Origin: Spirochaetales bacterium
Lineage (GTDB): Bacteria; Spirochaetota; Spirochaetia; UBA9216
Direction of reading: 5' to 3'
Assembly (NCBI GenBank): GCA_016839055.1
Contig: JAEKNX010000011.1
Coordinates: 15,940-79,939, forward strand
Length of the DNA stretch: 64,000 nt
A program made the translations under genes and the position numbers. Under the pieces are notes generated by a model. The model ran no database searches, was not told where the DNA came from, and saw only the letters and a list, made by a program, of their open reading frames with translations. The stretch's first letter is position 1. Every line of letters begins with the position of its first letter. Shown one piece after another: positions 37,369-46,628 of the stretch.

Positions 37369-38229
37369 TTGAAATACGACGGAAGGATAATAGACATTCA
37401 TACTCATATTCAGCCTGCAGCAGTACTTGCAGATAGAATTCCTTTCGTCGAAAACGAACCTGATTTTAGGATAATTTATAAGGATCCCGCCTCCCGCATA
37501 GCGGGAAGCGGTGATGTCCTTACATCGATGGGTAATATTGTAGATGCAGCCGTTATCCTGGGTTTTGCCTGGCGGAACCCGGAAACCCTCAAAGCCCACA
37601 ACGATGAAATACTCAGTGCCGCAGCGGATAATCCCGGGCGCCTTTACGGGTTTTGCTGTGTTTATCCCTTCGCTCCCGACCCGTCGGCAGAGGTGTTGCG
37701 ATGTTTTAAGGCCGGGGCTTCCGGACTAGGCGAGGTGGGCCTCTATGACCGCGATATCGATACCGAATACATCTATGCCATGCAGCCGGTAATGAGAGTC
37801 TGCCGCGAGTGGAACCGCCCTCTGATGCTTCATGTAAACGAGCCTGTCGGTCACGAGTACAGCGGAAAAGCCCCTATATCGATCAAGGGTATCTATGACT
37901 TTGTGAAGGCTTATCCTGACAACCGTATAATCCTCGCCCACTGGGGAGGAGGGCTGTTTTTTTACAACAGTCTGAAGAAGGAAGTAAAGAATCTTTTAAA
38001 GAACGTCTGGTATGATTCGGCAGCTTCACCCTATCTTTACGACGGCCGAATATGGAAGCTCGCAGCCGAGCTGGCAGGAATTGAGCGAATTCTTTTTGGA
38101 ACAGATTTCCCGCTACTCTCGGCAAAGCGCTACATCGAAGAACTCGATAAAGCCGGCTTCAGCCGGGATGAACTTGAGCGAATATATTACCGAAATGCCG
38201 AGGATTTGCTTGGCATTTCCAATGCCTGA
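37369..38229 (+). CDS. Amidohydrolase_2 (TIM-barrel metal-dependent hydrolase/decarboxylase) family protein
   Basis: It has an IIDIHTHI metal-binding start motif, later HVNEP, and a GTDFPL C-terminal Asp motif. The start is uncertain. I chose the TTG at 37369, just after the S-component stop, whereas the ORF-track ATG at 37282 overlaps that gene by 83 nt. Confidence 0.75.
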   Translation: MKYDGRIIDIHTHIQPAAVLADRIPFVENEPDFRIIYKDPASRIAGSGDVLTSMGNIVDAAVILGFAWRNPETLKAHNDEILSAAADNPGRLYGFCCVYPFAPDPSAEVLRCFKAGASGLGEVGLYDRDIDTEYIYAMQPVMRVCREWNRPLMLHVNEPVGHEYSGKAPISIKGIYDFVKAYPDNRIILAHWGGGLFFYNSLKKEVKNLLKNVWYDSAASPYLYDGRIWKLAAELAGIERILFGTDFPLLSAKRYIEELDKAGFSRDELERIYYRNAEDLLGISNA

Positions 38230-38394
38230 GGATTTGCCGGGCGAAAAACTTTTCTATTTATTTCGATTGTACTGTAAAAGAATTCAAAGAGTAATTTTAA
38301 GAAGAATCAGATTAACAGGGATTCCAACTTAACTTATTTTTAATATAATGCTAACAATAAAAAATGATAATATTCAGATTGCTGCAAAAGATGG

Positions 38395-38640
38395 CTCCTT
38401 ACAAGAATTTAAAACTGGATTCAGGTCTTGGCAACTTCCCATACAGTGATAAAGAGCACATTTGTAGGTACTAATAGTACGGAAGCCATATGCTCGATGG
38501 AAAATAACCTTTGCTTTATTATTCAGACCTTCAACAATTTAATTAGAAATGGGAACCTTGAAATAGTATAATATTCCTTCTTTATGTCTTCTGACCATCC
38601 ATGTGAAATCGCGAATCGGTTTAAGCCTGGAGTGGGTAGT
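38395..38640 (-). pseudogene. ISL3-family transposase C-terminal fragment (in-frame stop, 5' truncated)
   Basis: My reverse translation is ...RLKPIRDFTWMVRRHKEGILYYFKVPISN*IVEGLNNKAKVIFHRAYGFRTISTYKCALYHCMGS.... This matches the ISL3 C-terminal consensus (H.EGIL..F....SNG.VEG.NNK.K...R.AYGFR......ALYH..G). Confidence 0.65.
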
Positions 38641-38800
38641 CCATAGACATGGAAAAATAGACCTGAGAAAAGGTGTAAACGGTTTAAGTATACTGATTCA
38701 GAATATTATGCAGAATGATCCGTTCTCAAAGATTCTCTTCCTTTCCTGCAAAGGTCAGAGGACACAGCTCTAAAAGCTGTCCGAAAGATTAGCTGTTGTG
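38640..38800 (+). pseudogene. IS66-family accessory protein TnpB (orf2) N-terminal fragment
   Basis: My translation is ...HGKIDLRKGVNGLSILIQNIMQNDPFSKILFLSCKGQRTQL*KL.... It matches the IS66 TnpB consensus (DMRKG.dGLa.lv......dPfsg.lFvF.nrr.d..KiL) and is interrupted by a stop. Confidence 0.55.
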
Positions 38801-38874
38801 AATTCTTTTTGACAGACTGTAGGCTGTATGATAATATATAGAACGACCGGTCGAACAATAAAAGGAGAAATATA

Positions 38875-40662
38875 ATGAAAAAAAAAGAAATGTTTATCAC
38901 GCTTATTCTAATTACTATGCTGATACTAATCGGTTGTCAGACTCCGGGAAATGAAGGAGGAAGAAATGGGAGTATCGGTGTTGATAATAAATTCAATTCT
39001 ACTTCTAATGGGACTGCGGATGTTGTATTGCGCAATGGTTTTATTTATACGGTTGATGCAGAAAGTACAACTGCAGAGGCAATGGCTGTAGATGGAGATG
39101 TAATAATCTATATAGGTGATGATAAAGGGGTTGAGGTGTTTATTTCTGAAGAAACACGAGTGATTGACCTGAAGGGCCGTATGGTTATGCCTGGAATGTA
39201 TGATGCGCATGCCCATCCTCTCTGGCAGTATCCGGACTGGATCTTCGGAGTCGATATGACCTCTGCGAAGAGTGAAGGGGAATATTTAGCGCTTTTAAAG
39301 GATTTTGTTAATGAGAATCCCGAATTGACTGTGATTAAGGGTTCCGGCTGGGATAATCCATATTTTCCGCAGATTGGACCTCGAAAAGAATTGATCGATG
39401 CGATAGTTCCGGACAAGCCGGTAGTTCTTCTTAATATAAACGGGCATTCAAGCTGGGTTAATTCAAAGGCATTGGAACTTCTGGGCATTGATTCCGAAAC
39501 TGAAAACCCTCAAGGGGGCTATATCATTAAAGATCCTGAAACAGGCGAACCGACAGGTCTGCTAAAAGAAGAGGCCATGTATCTGGCAGAGGAACTGCTT
39601 CCCGAATACACTGATGAACAATACCGTAAGGCTTTGCTGTCCTATCAGTCTGACGCTCATTCATTCGGATTAATCGGCGTCAATGAAGCATGGTTGAATG
39701 ATGATTATCTTTCAGCATTGGAATCAGCGGAGACGGACGGGGTTCTGAAGATGCGCTATGCCGGAGAATGGTGGATTGAAGAAAAGGATGATGCGATTCC
39801 TGATGAAATTAATAAAGCCGTTGAGATTGCTAAAAGAAACAAAGGTGGAAACTTTCAGCTTACCGGTGCCAAGTTTTTCGCCGACGGAACTGTAGAAGAG
39901 TGGACTGCCTGGCTGTCCGAAGACTATGCGGATGGGAATAATGAGTTTAACCGGCCTCAGTGGGATGATCTTGAATTGTTTACGAGGGCAGTAGTAGATG
40001 CGGATAAAAAAGGTCTTCGGGTTCATTTTCACGCAATCGGGGATCTGGGGCTCAAACTTGCCGTCGATGCAATTGAGCAGGCTGTCAAGGTGAATCCCGA
40101 ATGGGACAGAAGATCTGCAATAACGCATCTGCAGGTAGTAGATGATAAAGAGATGGATCGGATGGGAAGTCTTGATATTGTTGCGCTTCCGCAGCCTGTA
40201 TGGTTCACAAAGGGTGATTATTTCGACAATATCGAGGTTCCCGCCCTGGGATTTGAACGTGCCTCGAAGGAATATCCGATGAAAAGCCTGTTTGACCGGG
40301 GAATTACCGTCGCTTCTTCAACTGACACCATAGCAGCATTTCTTGATCCGTTATATGGACTTCAAATGGCTGTGACCAGAGTAGAACCAGGTTATGGTCT
40401 TGATCCTGATAATCCTGAAGATGTTTTGGGGCCTGAAGAGCGGATAAGCCTCGAACAGGCTATAGAGAGTTATACTATTAACGGTGCCTACTCTATGTAT
40501 GTTGATGATATTACCGGCTCTCTGGAGACAGGTAAAAAGGCTGATTATATTATTCTGAGTGATAATCTTTTTAATTATGAAAATCATCCGGAAGATATTT
40601 TTGAGAATGTTTCGGTTGTTTTGACCTCCTTCAACGGGGAGATTGTCTACGAATCCGAATAA
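38875..40662 (+). CDS. Amidohydrolase_3-family metal-dependent hydrolase, lipoprotein
   Basis: 595 aa. It has a lipobox (LILIGC) and an N-terminal pattern of VLRNGFIYTVD...AMAVDGDVIIYIGDD...VIDLKGRMVMPGMYDAHAHP (HxH metal site). Later blocks are HFHAIGD and a distal SSTD motif. An AAAGGAG RBS is present. Confidence 0.8.
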   Translation: MKKKEMFITLILITMLILIGCQTPGNEGGRNGSIGVDNKFNSTSNGTADVVLRNGFIYTVDAESTTAEAMAVDGDVIIYIGDDKGVEVFISEETRVIDLKGRMVMPGMYDAHAHPLWQYPDWIFGVDMTSAKSEGEYLALLKDFVNENPELTVIKGSGWDNPYFPQIGPRKELIDAIVPDKPVVLLNINGHSSWVNSKALELLGIDSETENPQGGYIIKDPETGEPTGLLKEEAMYLAEELLPEYTDEQYRKALLSYQSDAHSFGLIGVNEAWLNDDYLSALESAETDGVLKMRYAGEWWIEEKDDAIPDEINKAVEIAKRNKGGNFQLTGAKFFADGTVEEWTAWLSEDYADGNNEFNRPQWDDLELFTRAVVDADKKGLRVHFHAIGDLGLKLAVDAIEQAVKVNPEWDRRSAITHLQVVDDKEMDRMGSLDIVALPQPVWFTKGDYFDNIEVPALGFERASKEYPMKSLFDRGITVASSTDTIAAFLDPLYGLQMAVTRVEPGYGLDPDNPEDVLGPEERISLEQAIESYTINGAYSMYVDDITGSLETGKKADYIILSDNLFNYENHPEDIFENVSVVLTSFNGEIVYESE

Positions 40663-40744
40663 ACTGACGTTTGACCGGTTATGCGGGGCTTTACGGCCCC
40701 GCTATGTCCGGATAAAAGGATGTTGTTGACAGAATACTCTATTT

Positions 40745-41371
40745 ATGAAGAATGAAAACGAAGTTATGGGACGAAAAAGTAATGAACACATCCGGAAACC
40801 CGAAATTCTCAGTCATGCATTCAGGATTATTGCAGAAGAAGGCTTTGAGAATGCATCACTCGCAAAGATAGCCGAGAGCATGGGGGTCTCTAAAAGTATG
40901 ATACTCCACTATTTCGGGTCAAAAGAGAACCTGTTTCGCGAACTTCTTCGGTATATGTTCGAGCAGCAGAATCATCCTGAGGTCGGTAAGGATTTTTCCG
41001 AGTATCAGGATTTTAATAAGCTAGAGAAACTGTTTGATTATTATCTTTCGCAGGATTATACAAACAGTCACAGTGATCTAGTTTATTACAGCTGCTTCTA
41101 TATGAGTCTTAAAGACAGCATCATGAAAGATGAGATTCGCCAGGCCTATCGGACTGTTGATGAACCATTTAGTAAAGCGGTTCAGGCCTATCTGGACGCG
41201 ACGGAGAAAAAAAAGATCGACGGCGAAATAGCGGTACAGATCTTCAATATCTTCGAAGAGGGACTTGATCTTATGACTACAATCGATCCTGAACGTTACA
41301 ACAGGGAGAAGCTTGTTAAAATCATAAAGCAAATGTTTAAAAAGCTTCTTGAAGGTGATGAAGCCTTTTAA
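40745..41371 (+). CDS. TetR/AcrR-family transcriptional regulator
   Basis: 208 aa. The N-terminal HTH is ILSHAFRIIAEEGFENASLAKIAESMGVSKSMILHYFGSKENLF. Confidence 0.85.
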   Translation: MKNENEVMGRKSNEHIRKPEILSHAFRIIAEEGFENASLAKIAESMGVSKSMILHYFGSKENLFRELLRYMFEQQNHPEVGKDFSEYQDFNKLEKLFDYYLSQDYTNSHSDLVYYSCFYMSLKDSIMKDEIRQAYRTVDEPFSKAVQAYLDATEKKKIDGEIAVQIFNIFEEGLDLMTTIDPERYNREKLVKIIKQMFKKLLEGDEAF

Positions 41372-41380
41372 AACTTGACT

Positions 41381-41545
41381 GTGAATCGGATAACGCCTTG
41401 TTTAGATATATTAGCCATAAATCGGAGTAATCGGTTTTCTTTGGCCATTACCTTCGAGTTAAACCCACCACTTCCCCGTGCCCATGTCCTTCTCTGGAAT
41501 TAATTGATTCAGGCCGTTGTTCGATACCTATTTGGTGGGGGCTTA
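41381..41545 (-). pseudogene. Possible IS30-family transposase fragment (frameshifted)
   Basis: Reverse translation gives ...IEQRPESINSREGHGHGEVVG... (compare IS30 I.ERP..V..R...GHWEGD). After a frame change it gives VMAKENRLLRFMANISKQG (compare TLVERK.R....AKL..K.A). The fragment is short and degenerate. Confidence 0.4.
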
Positions 41546-41610
41546 TAGCATTTAAAAAAATTGCCTGTTAATTTGTGAAAAACTTTGCTCTCCTATATTC
41601 GTTCCTGAGA

Positions 41611-43731
41611 TCACCCCAGAATTATCTTGGCATCGAGTATTATCCAGTCTTCTCCATTCCAGACAATTGGATTTATATCTATCTGTCCGCCGTTTGCGCA
41701 GACTACCGAGGCTGCCAAAGAAAATCGGCTGATTGTCTCGGCAAGTTTTCCCTTGTCGAGGCTGCTGCCTCTGAATCCCGATAATACCGGGGCAATCTTT
41801 AGCTCATCGAGCATGCTTTCGGCGTTCTCTCTGCTGCAGGGCGCAAGACGGAAGGCTGTATCCCGGTAAAGCTCGGTGAGAATTCCTCCCGCGCCGGCCA
41901 TGACCGATGCACCGAAGGTCGGGTCGTGCAAGGCTCCGAGGATCATCTCAGGTCCGTTTATCTTAACCATTGGGGAGGCTATAAGCGGTTCTCCGGGGAA
42001 GGCCTGCCGCATCATAGTTATTTCATTGGTGATTTCCTCCGGCCCGATATTCAGTCTCACTCCGCCTCTGTCCGTTTTATGGAGAATGTCGGGAGAGCAG
42101 ACTTTAAGCACGATAGGAAAATGGAGTCCGGTAAGAACTTCCGGGCCGTCCTCGGGCAGAATAAGTTGTTTTTCGGGAATTCTCAGCCCTGCTGCCGCAA
42201 GAAACTCCTTGGCCTCGAGTTCATCGGGTTTACCGGGTGTCTTAAGCTCGGCCATCCACTTCTTATAGCACTCAGTGATTACCTCTATTTCTTTGGAGGA
42301 TTCTCCGCAGTACCGTCCGGCTCCGGAGGAGTCGGTGCACCTCATCGTCTTGCGGAGTTTTCCCCGCTCTACAAGGAATCTTGCGGCACGTACGACGCGG
42401 CTTATTGAGGGAAAGCCCGCTATGCCGTGATTATAGAAATCGAGCAGGTATTTTTCGGTAAAGGGTCCGTATTCGGTGAATACGAGCACCGGTTTATCCG
42501 CCATTTTTATGGTATTGGCGAGGGCCGGGATCAGATCATTAGTTATAGCCGGGGCTGCGAAGAGGGCTATGCAGATTATTATATCCACCCCCTGGTCGGC
42601 AAGCAGAGCCTGTATTGTGTCGATGAACATCCTGTCGGTTCCGCTGGCGGTGAAATCCACGGGATTAATGCAGGAGGCAAACGGAAACGTTTTTTCTTTT
42701 ATTATCGCGACGGTCTCAGGGGAAAGCACAGCCATCTGCAGGTCGGCCCTCGTGCCCGTTGTGTCTATGTAGTCAGTGCACATTACTCCGAATCCGCCCG
42801 CGGGTGTGAGCACGGCAACCCTGTTCCCGACGGCAGGTTTGAGCATCGACAGAACCTTCGTCGCGTCACATAGCTCCTCATCATCCCAGGCGCGCTGGAT
42901 GCCGTACTGTTTGAATGCGCCGTTTATTACCGAGTCCGAGCCAGCGAGTCTGCCCGTATGAGAGCCTGCCGCCGCGGCTCCTGCTGCCGTCCGGCCTGCC
43001 TTGAGGACAACAACCGGTTTCTCCTCGGCGCCGCTGCCCGATAGTTCGAGGAAGTCTCGTCCGCCCTCAATGCTCTCGAGGTAGAGGGCTATGCAGTCGG
43101 TGCGTTTGTCATTGAAAAACCAGTCCAGAAAGTCCATCTCAGAGAGGTCGATTTTGTTTCCCGTCCCTATGAAAGCCCTCATTCCATAGCCTGTATTGCT
43201 CGCGAGCCCGAGCGACTCAACTCCGACAGAGCCGCTCTGGGATATGAAGGCTATGCTGCCTCCGGCCGAGAGAGCCTTGTCTCCATGCTCGACGAAGATT
43301 GTATCGAGATTCGCCTCGGGAACAAAGATGCCGAGAGAATTCGGTCCGAGGATGCGTGATTTTGAGGTCTCTACTATTTTTCTAAGTACATCTTCCTGTG
43401 CTCTGCCGCTGCTGCCGGTTTCACCGAAACCTCCTGCAACGATGATAATGAATGCTGTGCCGGCAAGGGCACATTCCGCGGCAGCTTTTACCGCGAGTTC
43501 CGCCTTGAGAGTAATTATTGCAATATCGAGGTTCGGTGGGAGCTGTTCTACCGAAGAAACCGAGGGAATATGCATTACTGTCTCATAGGCCGGATTAACC
43601 GGATAGAGCCTGGCCTTCGAACGCAACAGGTTCCGCATTATTATAGTTCCGGGTTTGCCCTCAGTCTCGGATGCTCCGATTACCGCGATACTCGCCGGAT
43701 TTATTAGTCTGTTAATATCGGTTTTTTTCAT
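41611..43731 (-). CDS. ADP-forming acetyl/acyl-CoA synthetase (fused alpha-beta, NDP-forming family)
   Basis: 706 aa. The N-terminal CoA-binding domain is LINPASIAVIGASETEGKPG...YPVNP. The ligase-CoA/flavodoxin-like middle has a GHTGRLAG phosphohistidine-type loop (GSHTGRLAGSD). The C-terminus is an ATP-grasp domain (FPIVLKV...HKTDRGGV). Confidence 0.85.
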   Translation of the reverse strand: MKKTDINRLINPASIAVIGASETEGKPGTIIMRNLLRSKARLYPVNPAYETVMHIPSVSSVEQLPPNLDIAIITLKAELAVKAAAECALAGTAFIIIVAGGFGETGSSGRAQEDVLRKIVETSKSRILGPNSLGIFVPEANLDTIFVEHGDKALSAGGSIAFISQSGSVGVESLGLASNTGYGMRAFIGTGNKIDLSEMDFLDWFFNDKRTDCIALYLESIEGGRDFLELSGSGAEEKPVVVLKAGRTAAGAAAAGSHTGRLAGSDSVINGAFKQYGIQRAWDDEELCDATKVLSMLKPAVGNRVAVLTPAGGFGVMCTDYIDTTGTRADLQMAVLSPETVAIIKEKTFPFASCINPVDFTASGTDRMFIDTIQALLADQGVDIIICIALFAAPAITNDLIPALANTIKMADKPVLVFTEYGPFTEKYLLDFYNHGIAGFPSISRVVRAARFLVERGKLRKTMRCTDSSGAGRYCGESSKEIEVITECYKKWMAELKTPGKPDELEAKEFLAAAGLRIPEKQLILPEDGPEVLTGLHFPIVLKVCSPDILHKTDRGGVRLNIGPEEITNEITMMRQAFPGEPLIASPMVKINGPEMILGALHDPTFGASVMAGAGGILTELYRDTAFRLAPCSRENAESMLDELKIAPVLSGFRGSSLDKGKLAETISRFSLAASVVCANGGQIDINPIVWNGEDWIILDAKIILG

Positions 43732-43887
43732 AGCTTAAAGAATAATCGATATACAGTCCCAGGTCAATAAAATGTCTGTCTGCAGATTCCTCCGGTATTG
43801 AAGCGGGAAGTAAAACTATTCAACACACGGCAAAGAGGAATGGTTAAGACATTTTAAAGATTATTCAGGGGCTTCCGGAGGTCAAAA

Positions 43888-44664
43888 TCAGAATTGTTGC
43901 TGTCTGCAGAGCTTTCGATACTCAAGGGGATTCTTGCCTGTTTCCTTCTTAAACAACCGGCTGAAGTATCCCTGGTCGCTGAAGCCGAGTTTAACCGCTA
44001 CTTCCTTAACTTCAAGTTCCGGTTGTTCGGTTAGCAGCCTGCGGGCCTCATTTATCCGTAGATCGGTCAGGAAGCGGGTGGGGGTTCGTCCGGTAATCTG
44101 TTTGAATACCCGGCTGAGGTAGGTAGGGTTCAAATTGAAAGAGTCAGAGAGTTCTGCTATTGAGATGTTATCGGTGTAGCGGAGTTTCAGGTATTCAACG
44201 ATTTTTCCGCAGAGCTCTTCGGCTGCCGATCCTGAATTATAATCAGCAATATCATCAGAGAGCAGCTGATTGTTTTTATCGAGGATGATTTCCAGGCGCT
44301 CGAGGGCTCCGTAGAGCTCCTTTTTTGATACAGGCTTGAGTATATAATCTTTCACCCCGAAGTGGATGGCACGTTTAGCGTAGCTGAACTCATCATAACC
44401 GCTGAGGATAATTACCGAAATCTCCGGCCTGGTGAAATATAGTTCTTCAATAAGCGCAAGCCCGTCCATGATCGGCATCTTTATATCGGTTATAAGCAGG
44501 TGGATAGTTTTCCCATCAGTCATTTCCAGGGCTTCCTGTCCGTTTCTGGCAGCTCCGGCTATTCTAAACCTGGGATGTGCTTCAGAAACCTTTTTTACCA
44601 GGTTTTCCCTTATCCGGTGCTCATCTTCGGCGATGATTACATTGAAAAAGTCACCCCTCTCCAA
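43888..44664 (-). CDS. Response regulator with AraC-type HTH output (YesN-like)
   Basis: 258 aa. The receiver has NVIIAEDE and LLITDIKMPIMDG. The C-terminal AraC HTH is LSRVFKQITGRTPTRFLTDLRINEARRLL...GFSDQGYFSRLFKKETG. Confidence 0.9.
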   Translation of the reverse strand: MERGDFFNVIIAEDEHRIRENLVKKVSEAHPRFRIAGAARNGQEALEMTDGKTIHLLITDIKMPIMDGLALIEELYFTRPEISVIILSGYDEFSYAKRAIHFGVKDYILKPVSKKELYGALERLEIILDKNNQLLSDDIADYNSGSAAEELCGKIVEYLKLRYTDNISIAELSDSFNLNPTYLSRVFKQITGRTPTRFLTDLRINEARRLLTEQPELEVKEVAVKLGFSDQGYFSRLFKKETGKNPLEYRKLCRQQQF

Positions 44665-46459
44665 GTTTACCTCCTATTACTATACGGGCGCCGCCTGCCT
44701 CTGCCGTGAGAATATCGAAATCAAGATCTTCCTTAAAGAATATTATCAGCCTCGAATAGATATTTATTATACCCAGGCCTTCAATATGAAGGGCGAGCTG
44801 CTTGTTTACGTCATTAGTACAGCACCTCATGCTATGCTGGATGTTCTCGAGAGCCTCATCGCTGAATCCGGGGCCTGAGTCTTCTATCGAAAGCTTCCAT
44901 CTGCCCTGATCTACAGCAGTCGACACCTTAATCATCCACGGCGGCGGGCCGCAGGTTGCGTATTTGATACTGTTCTCAACCAGGGGCAGAATTATCAGCT
45001 TTGGAATCATCAGATCTTCGAGTCTCTCATCGATATTGATATCGAATTTAAGATCATCCCCATGCCGAATCTTCATGCAGGTGAGATAGCTGCGGCTGAC
45101 TTCCGCTTCTTCTGTGAGCGGGACATTCGGGTGCGAGCTGGAGGCGGTGTATCTGAGCATAGATGTCAGATAGCTGATGGTCTCGACAATATTCTCTGAT
45201 TCTCCGTCCTCGGCCATTATGCTTATTGTTGTCAGCATGTTGTACATAAAATGCGGATCCATCTGCGACTGAAGGGCGAGCATACGTGCATTTTCCTGGA
45301 GAGTCCGCTCATGGATCACCTGCTTCATTGAATCGCTCAGTTTCCGGTTCATTTTCCAGAAGGCGCGGTGAATTTTCTCAAATTCGGTAAGCGGGGAAAG
45401 CATATGCGGTTCAACCGCCGTATCAGAGGAGATTGAATCCCAGTGAAGGTTTGAAATCCAACCGTTAAGCTCAAGAAGTGAGCTTGTGATCAGCCTTGAA
45501 AGCCGGCGGGCCACGGCTGTTCCTATTGTGAGAATCAGTATCCCGCTGAAGATTATAATGAGGAGAAAACGGTAAACCGGAGAAAGAAGTTCTGACTCGT
45601 TAACTACATTCATTATCACCCAGTTTATCTCTTTGCAGCGTCCGATTGACAAAATCTCCTTCTCGCCTGTTTCAGGATTCCTGAAATTGACAATCTGGTT
45701 CCCCCTGGAGTTGCCTAGAATTGTCGCGTAAGGTATTGGGTTGTCATTCCTGTAGGGGAAGAGCTGCCTCAGCTGTGAGTCGAATATGAGGAAATTCTGC
45801 GGAGTCTTCGAGAAGCCGTAGAAGATTGTCTCAGCGAACTGTTTTACCTCAATTATCCCGACGGGTTTTTTCATATAGTCATCAAAAATTGTCCGGTAAA
45901 GTGAAATATACTGCTTGTTTTTATAGATGGGAAAGGCCTTTTCGGCGAGAGGATCCCTCGAGGGTCCGCTGAAATGCCGTTTTCCAAATTCACGGTCTAC
46001 AAGTTCTATTGTGGAAAGTGATTCTACCGGGATTTCATGAATCAGGTTGTAAGTCCCGGAACCTATCAGCTGGGATTCAGGATCGATGTAGTTAATCTGC
46101 GGTACGGTCTTAATTGGTCCTGTGATCATCGCGAGCATACTCGATATGTCTCTGGCTTTCAGGTATATTTCCCTGCTCTCCGGGCTGAAGCCTTCGTCTG
46201 TTAACTCGAGGTAATCCTTGATGTTTTCTCTGAGGAGCATCGAGTTTGTGATGTTCAGAGAAAGTCTGTTCATCTTGGAGATCTCACCGTCGATAATACT
46301 CACCATCTTATCTGTGATATCAGCGAGGTTCGATTCCTCTCCCCGGGTCAGAACCCTCGATGTGTAAGAGAAAAACATCACTGACAGCGAAAATATCGTT
46401 ATCAGAATCGGGATGAAGTATGAAAAAAATAAGGTGCGCTGGACGGTCTGTTTTTTCAT
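44651..46459 (-). CDS. Sensor histidine kinase (YesM-like; two TM segments, extracytoplasmic domain, His_kinase/HATPase)
   Basis: 602 aa. It has the PF06580-type H-box (QMDPHFMYNML) and HATPase blocks (LILPLVENSIKY, IEDSGPGF). Its stop overlaps the response-regulator start. Confidence 0.88.
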   Translation of the reverse strand: MKKQTVQRTLFFSYFIPILITIFSLSVMFFSYTSRVLTRGEESNLADITDKMVSIIDGEISKMNRLSLNITNSMLLRENIKDYLELTDEGFSPESREIYLKARDISSMLAMITGPIKTVPQINYIDPESQLIGSGTYNLIHEIPVESLSTIELVDREFGKRHFSGPSRDPLAEKAFPIYKNKQYISLYRTIFDDYMKKPVGIIEVKQFAETIFYGFSKTPQNFLIFDSQLRQLFPYRNDNPIPYATILGNSRGNQIVNFRNPETGEKEILSIGRCKEINWVIMNVVNESELLSPVYRFLLIIIFSGILILTIGTAVARRLSRLITSSLLELNGWISNLHWDSISSDTAVEPHMLSPLTEFEKIHRAFWKMNRKLSDSMKQVIHERTLQENARMLALQSQMDPHFMYNMLTTISIMAEDGESENIVETISYLTSMLRYTASSSHPNVPLTEEAEVSRSYLTCMKIRHGDDLKFDINIDERLEDLMIPKLIILPLVENSIKYATCGPPPWMIKVSTAVDQGRWKLSIEDSGPGFSDEALENIQHSMRCCTNDVNKQLALHIEGLGIINIYSRLIIFFKEDLDFDILTAEAGGARIVIGGKLGEG

Positions 46460-46628
46460 TCAGTGCTATCTTAAGCCTAAAGATAGGCCTTGTAAATTAA
46501 TTATTTGCAGAAATTGCCATAATAGTCGAAATAGTCCATAAGACCGATCAGTTTTGTCCATATACAGATCTTAAATACCAATATTAAAATAACATTAAAC
46601 ACAAACAAACGAAAGGAGAAAAGATTAA

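Noticed and set aside
41575-41784. 69-aa plus-strand ORF at the 3' end of the acyl-CoA synthetase gene
   Set aside because: It overlaps the well-supported 706-aa minus-strand gene. It has no motifs or RBS.
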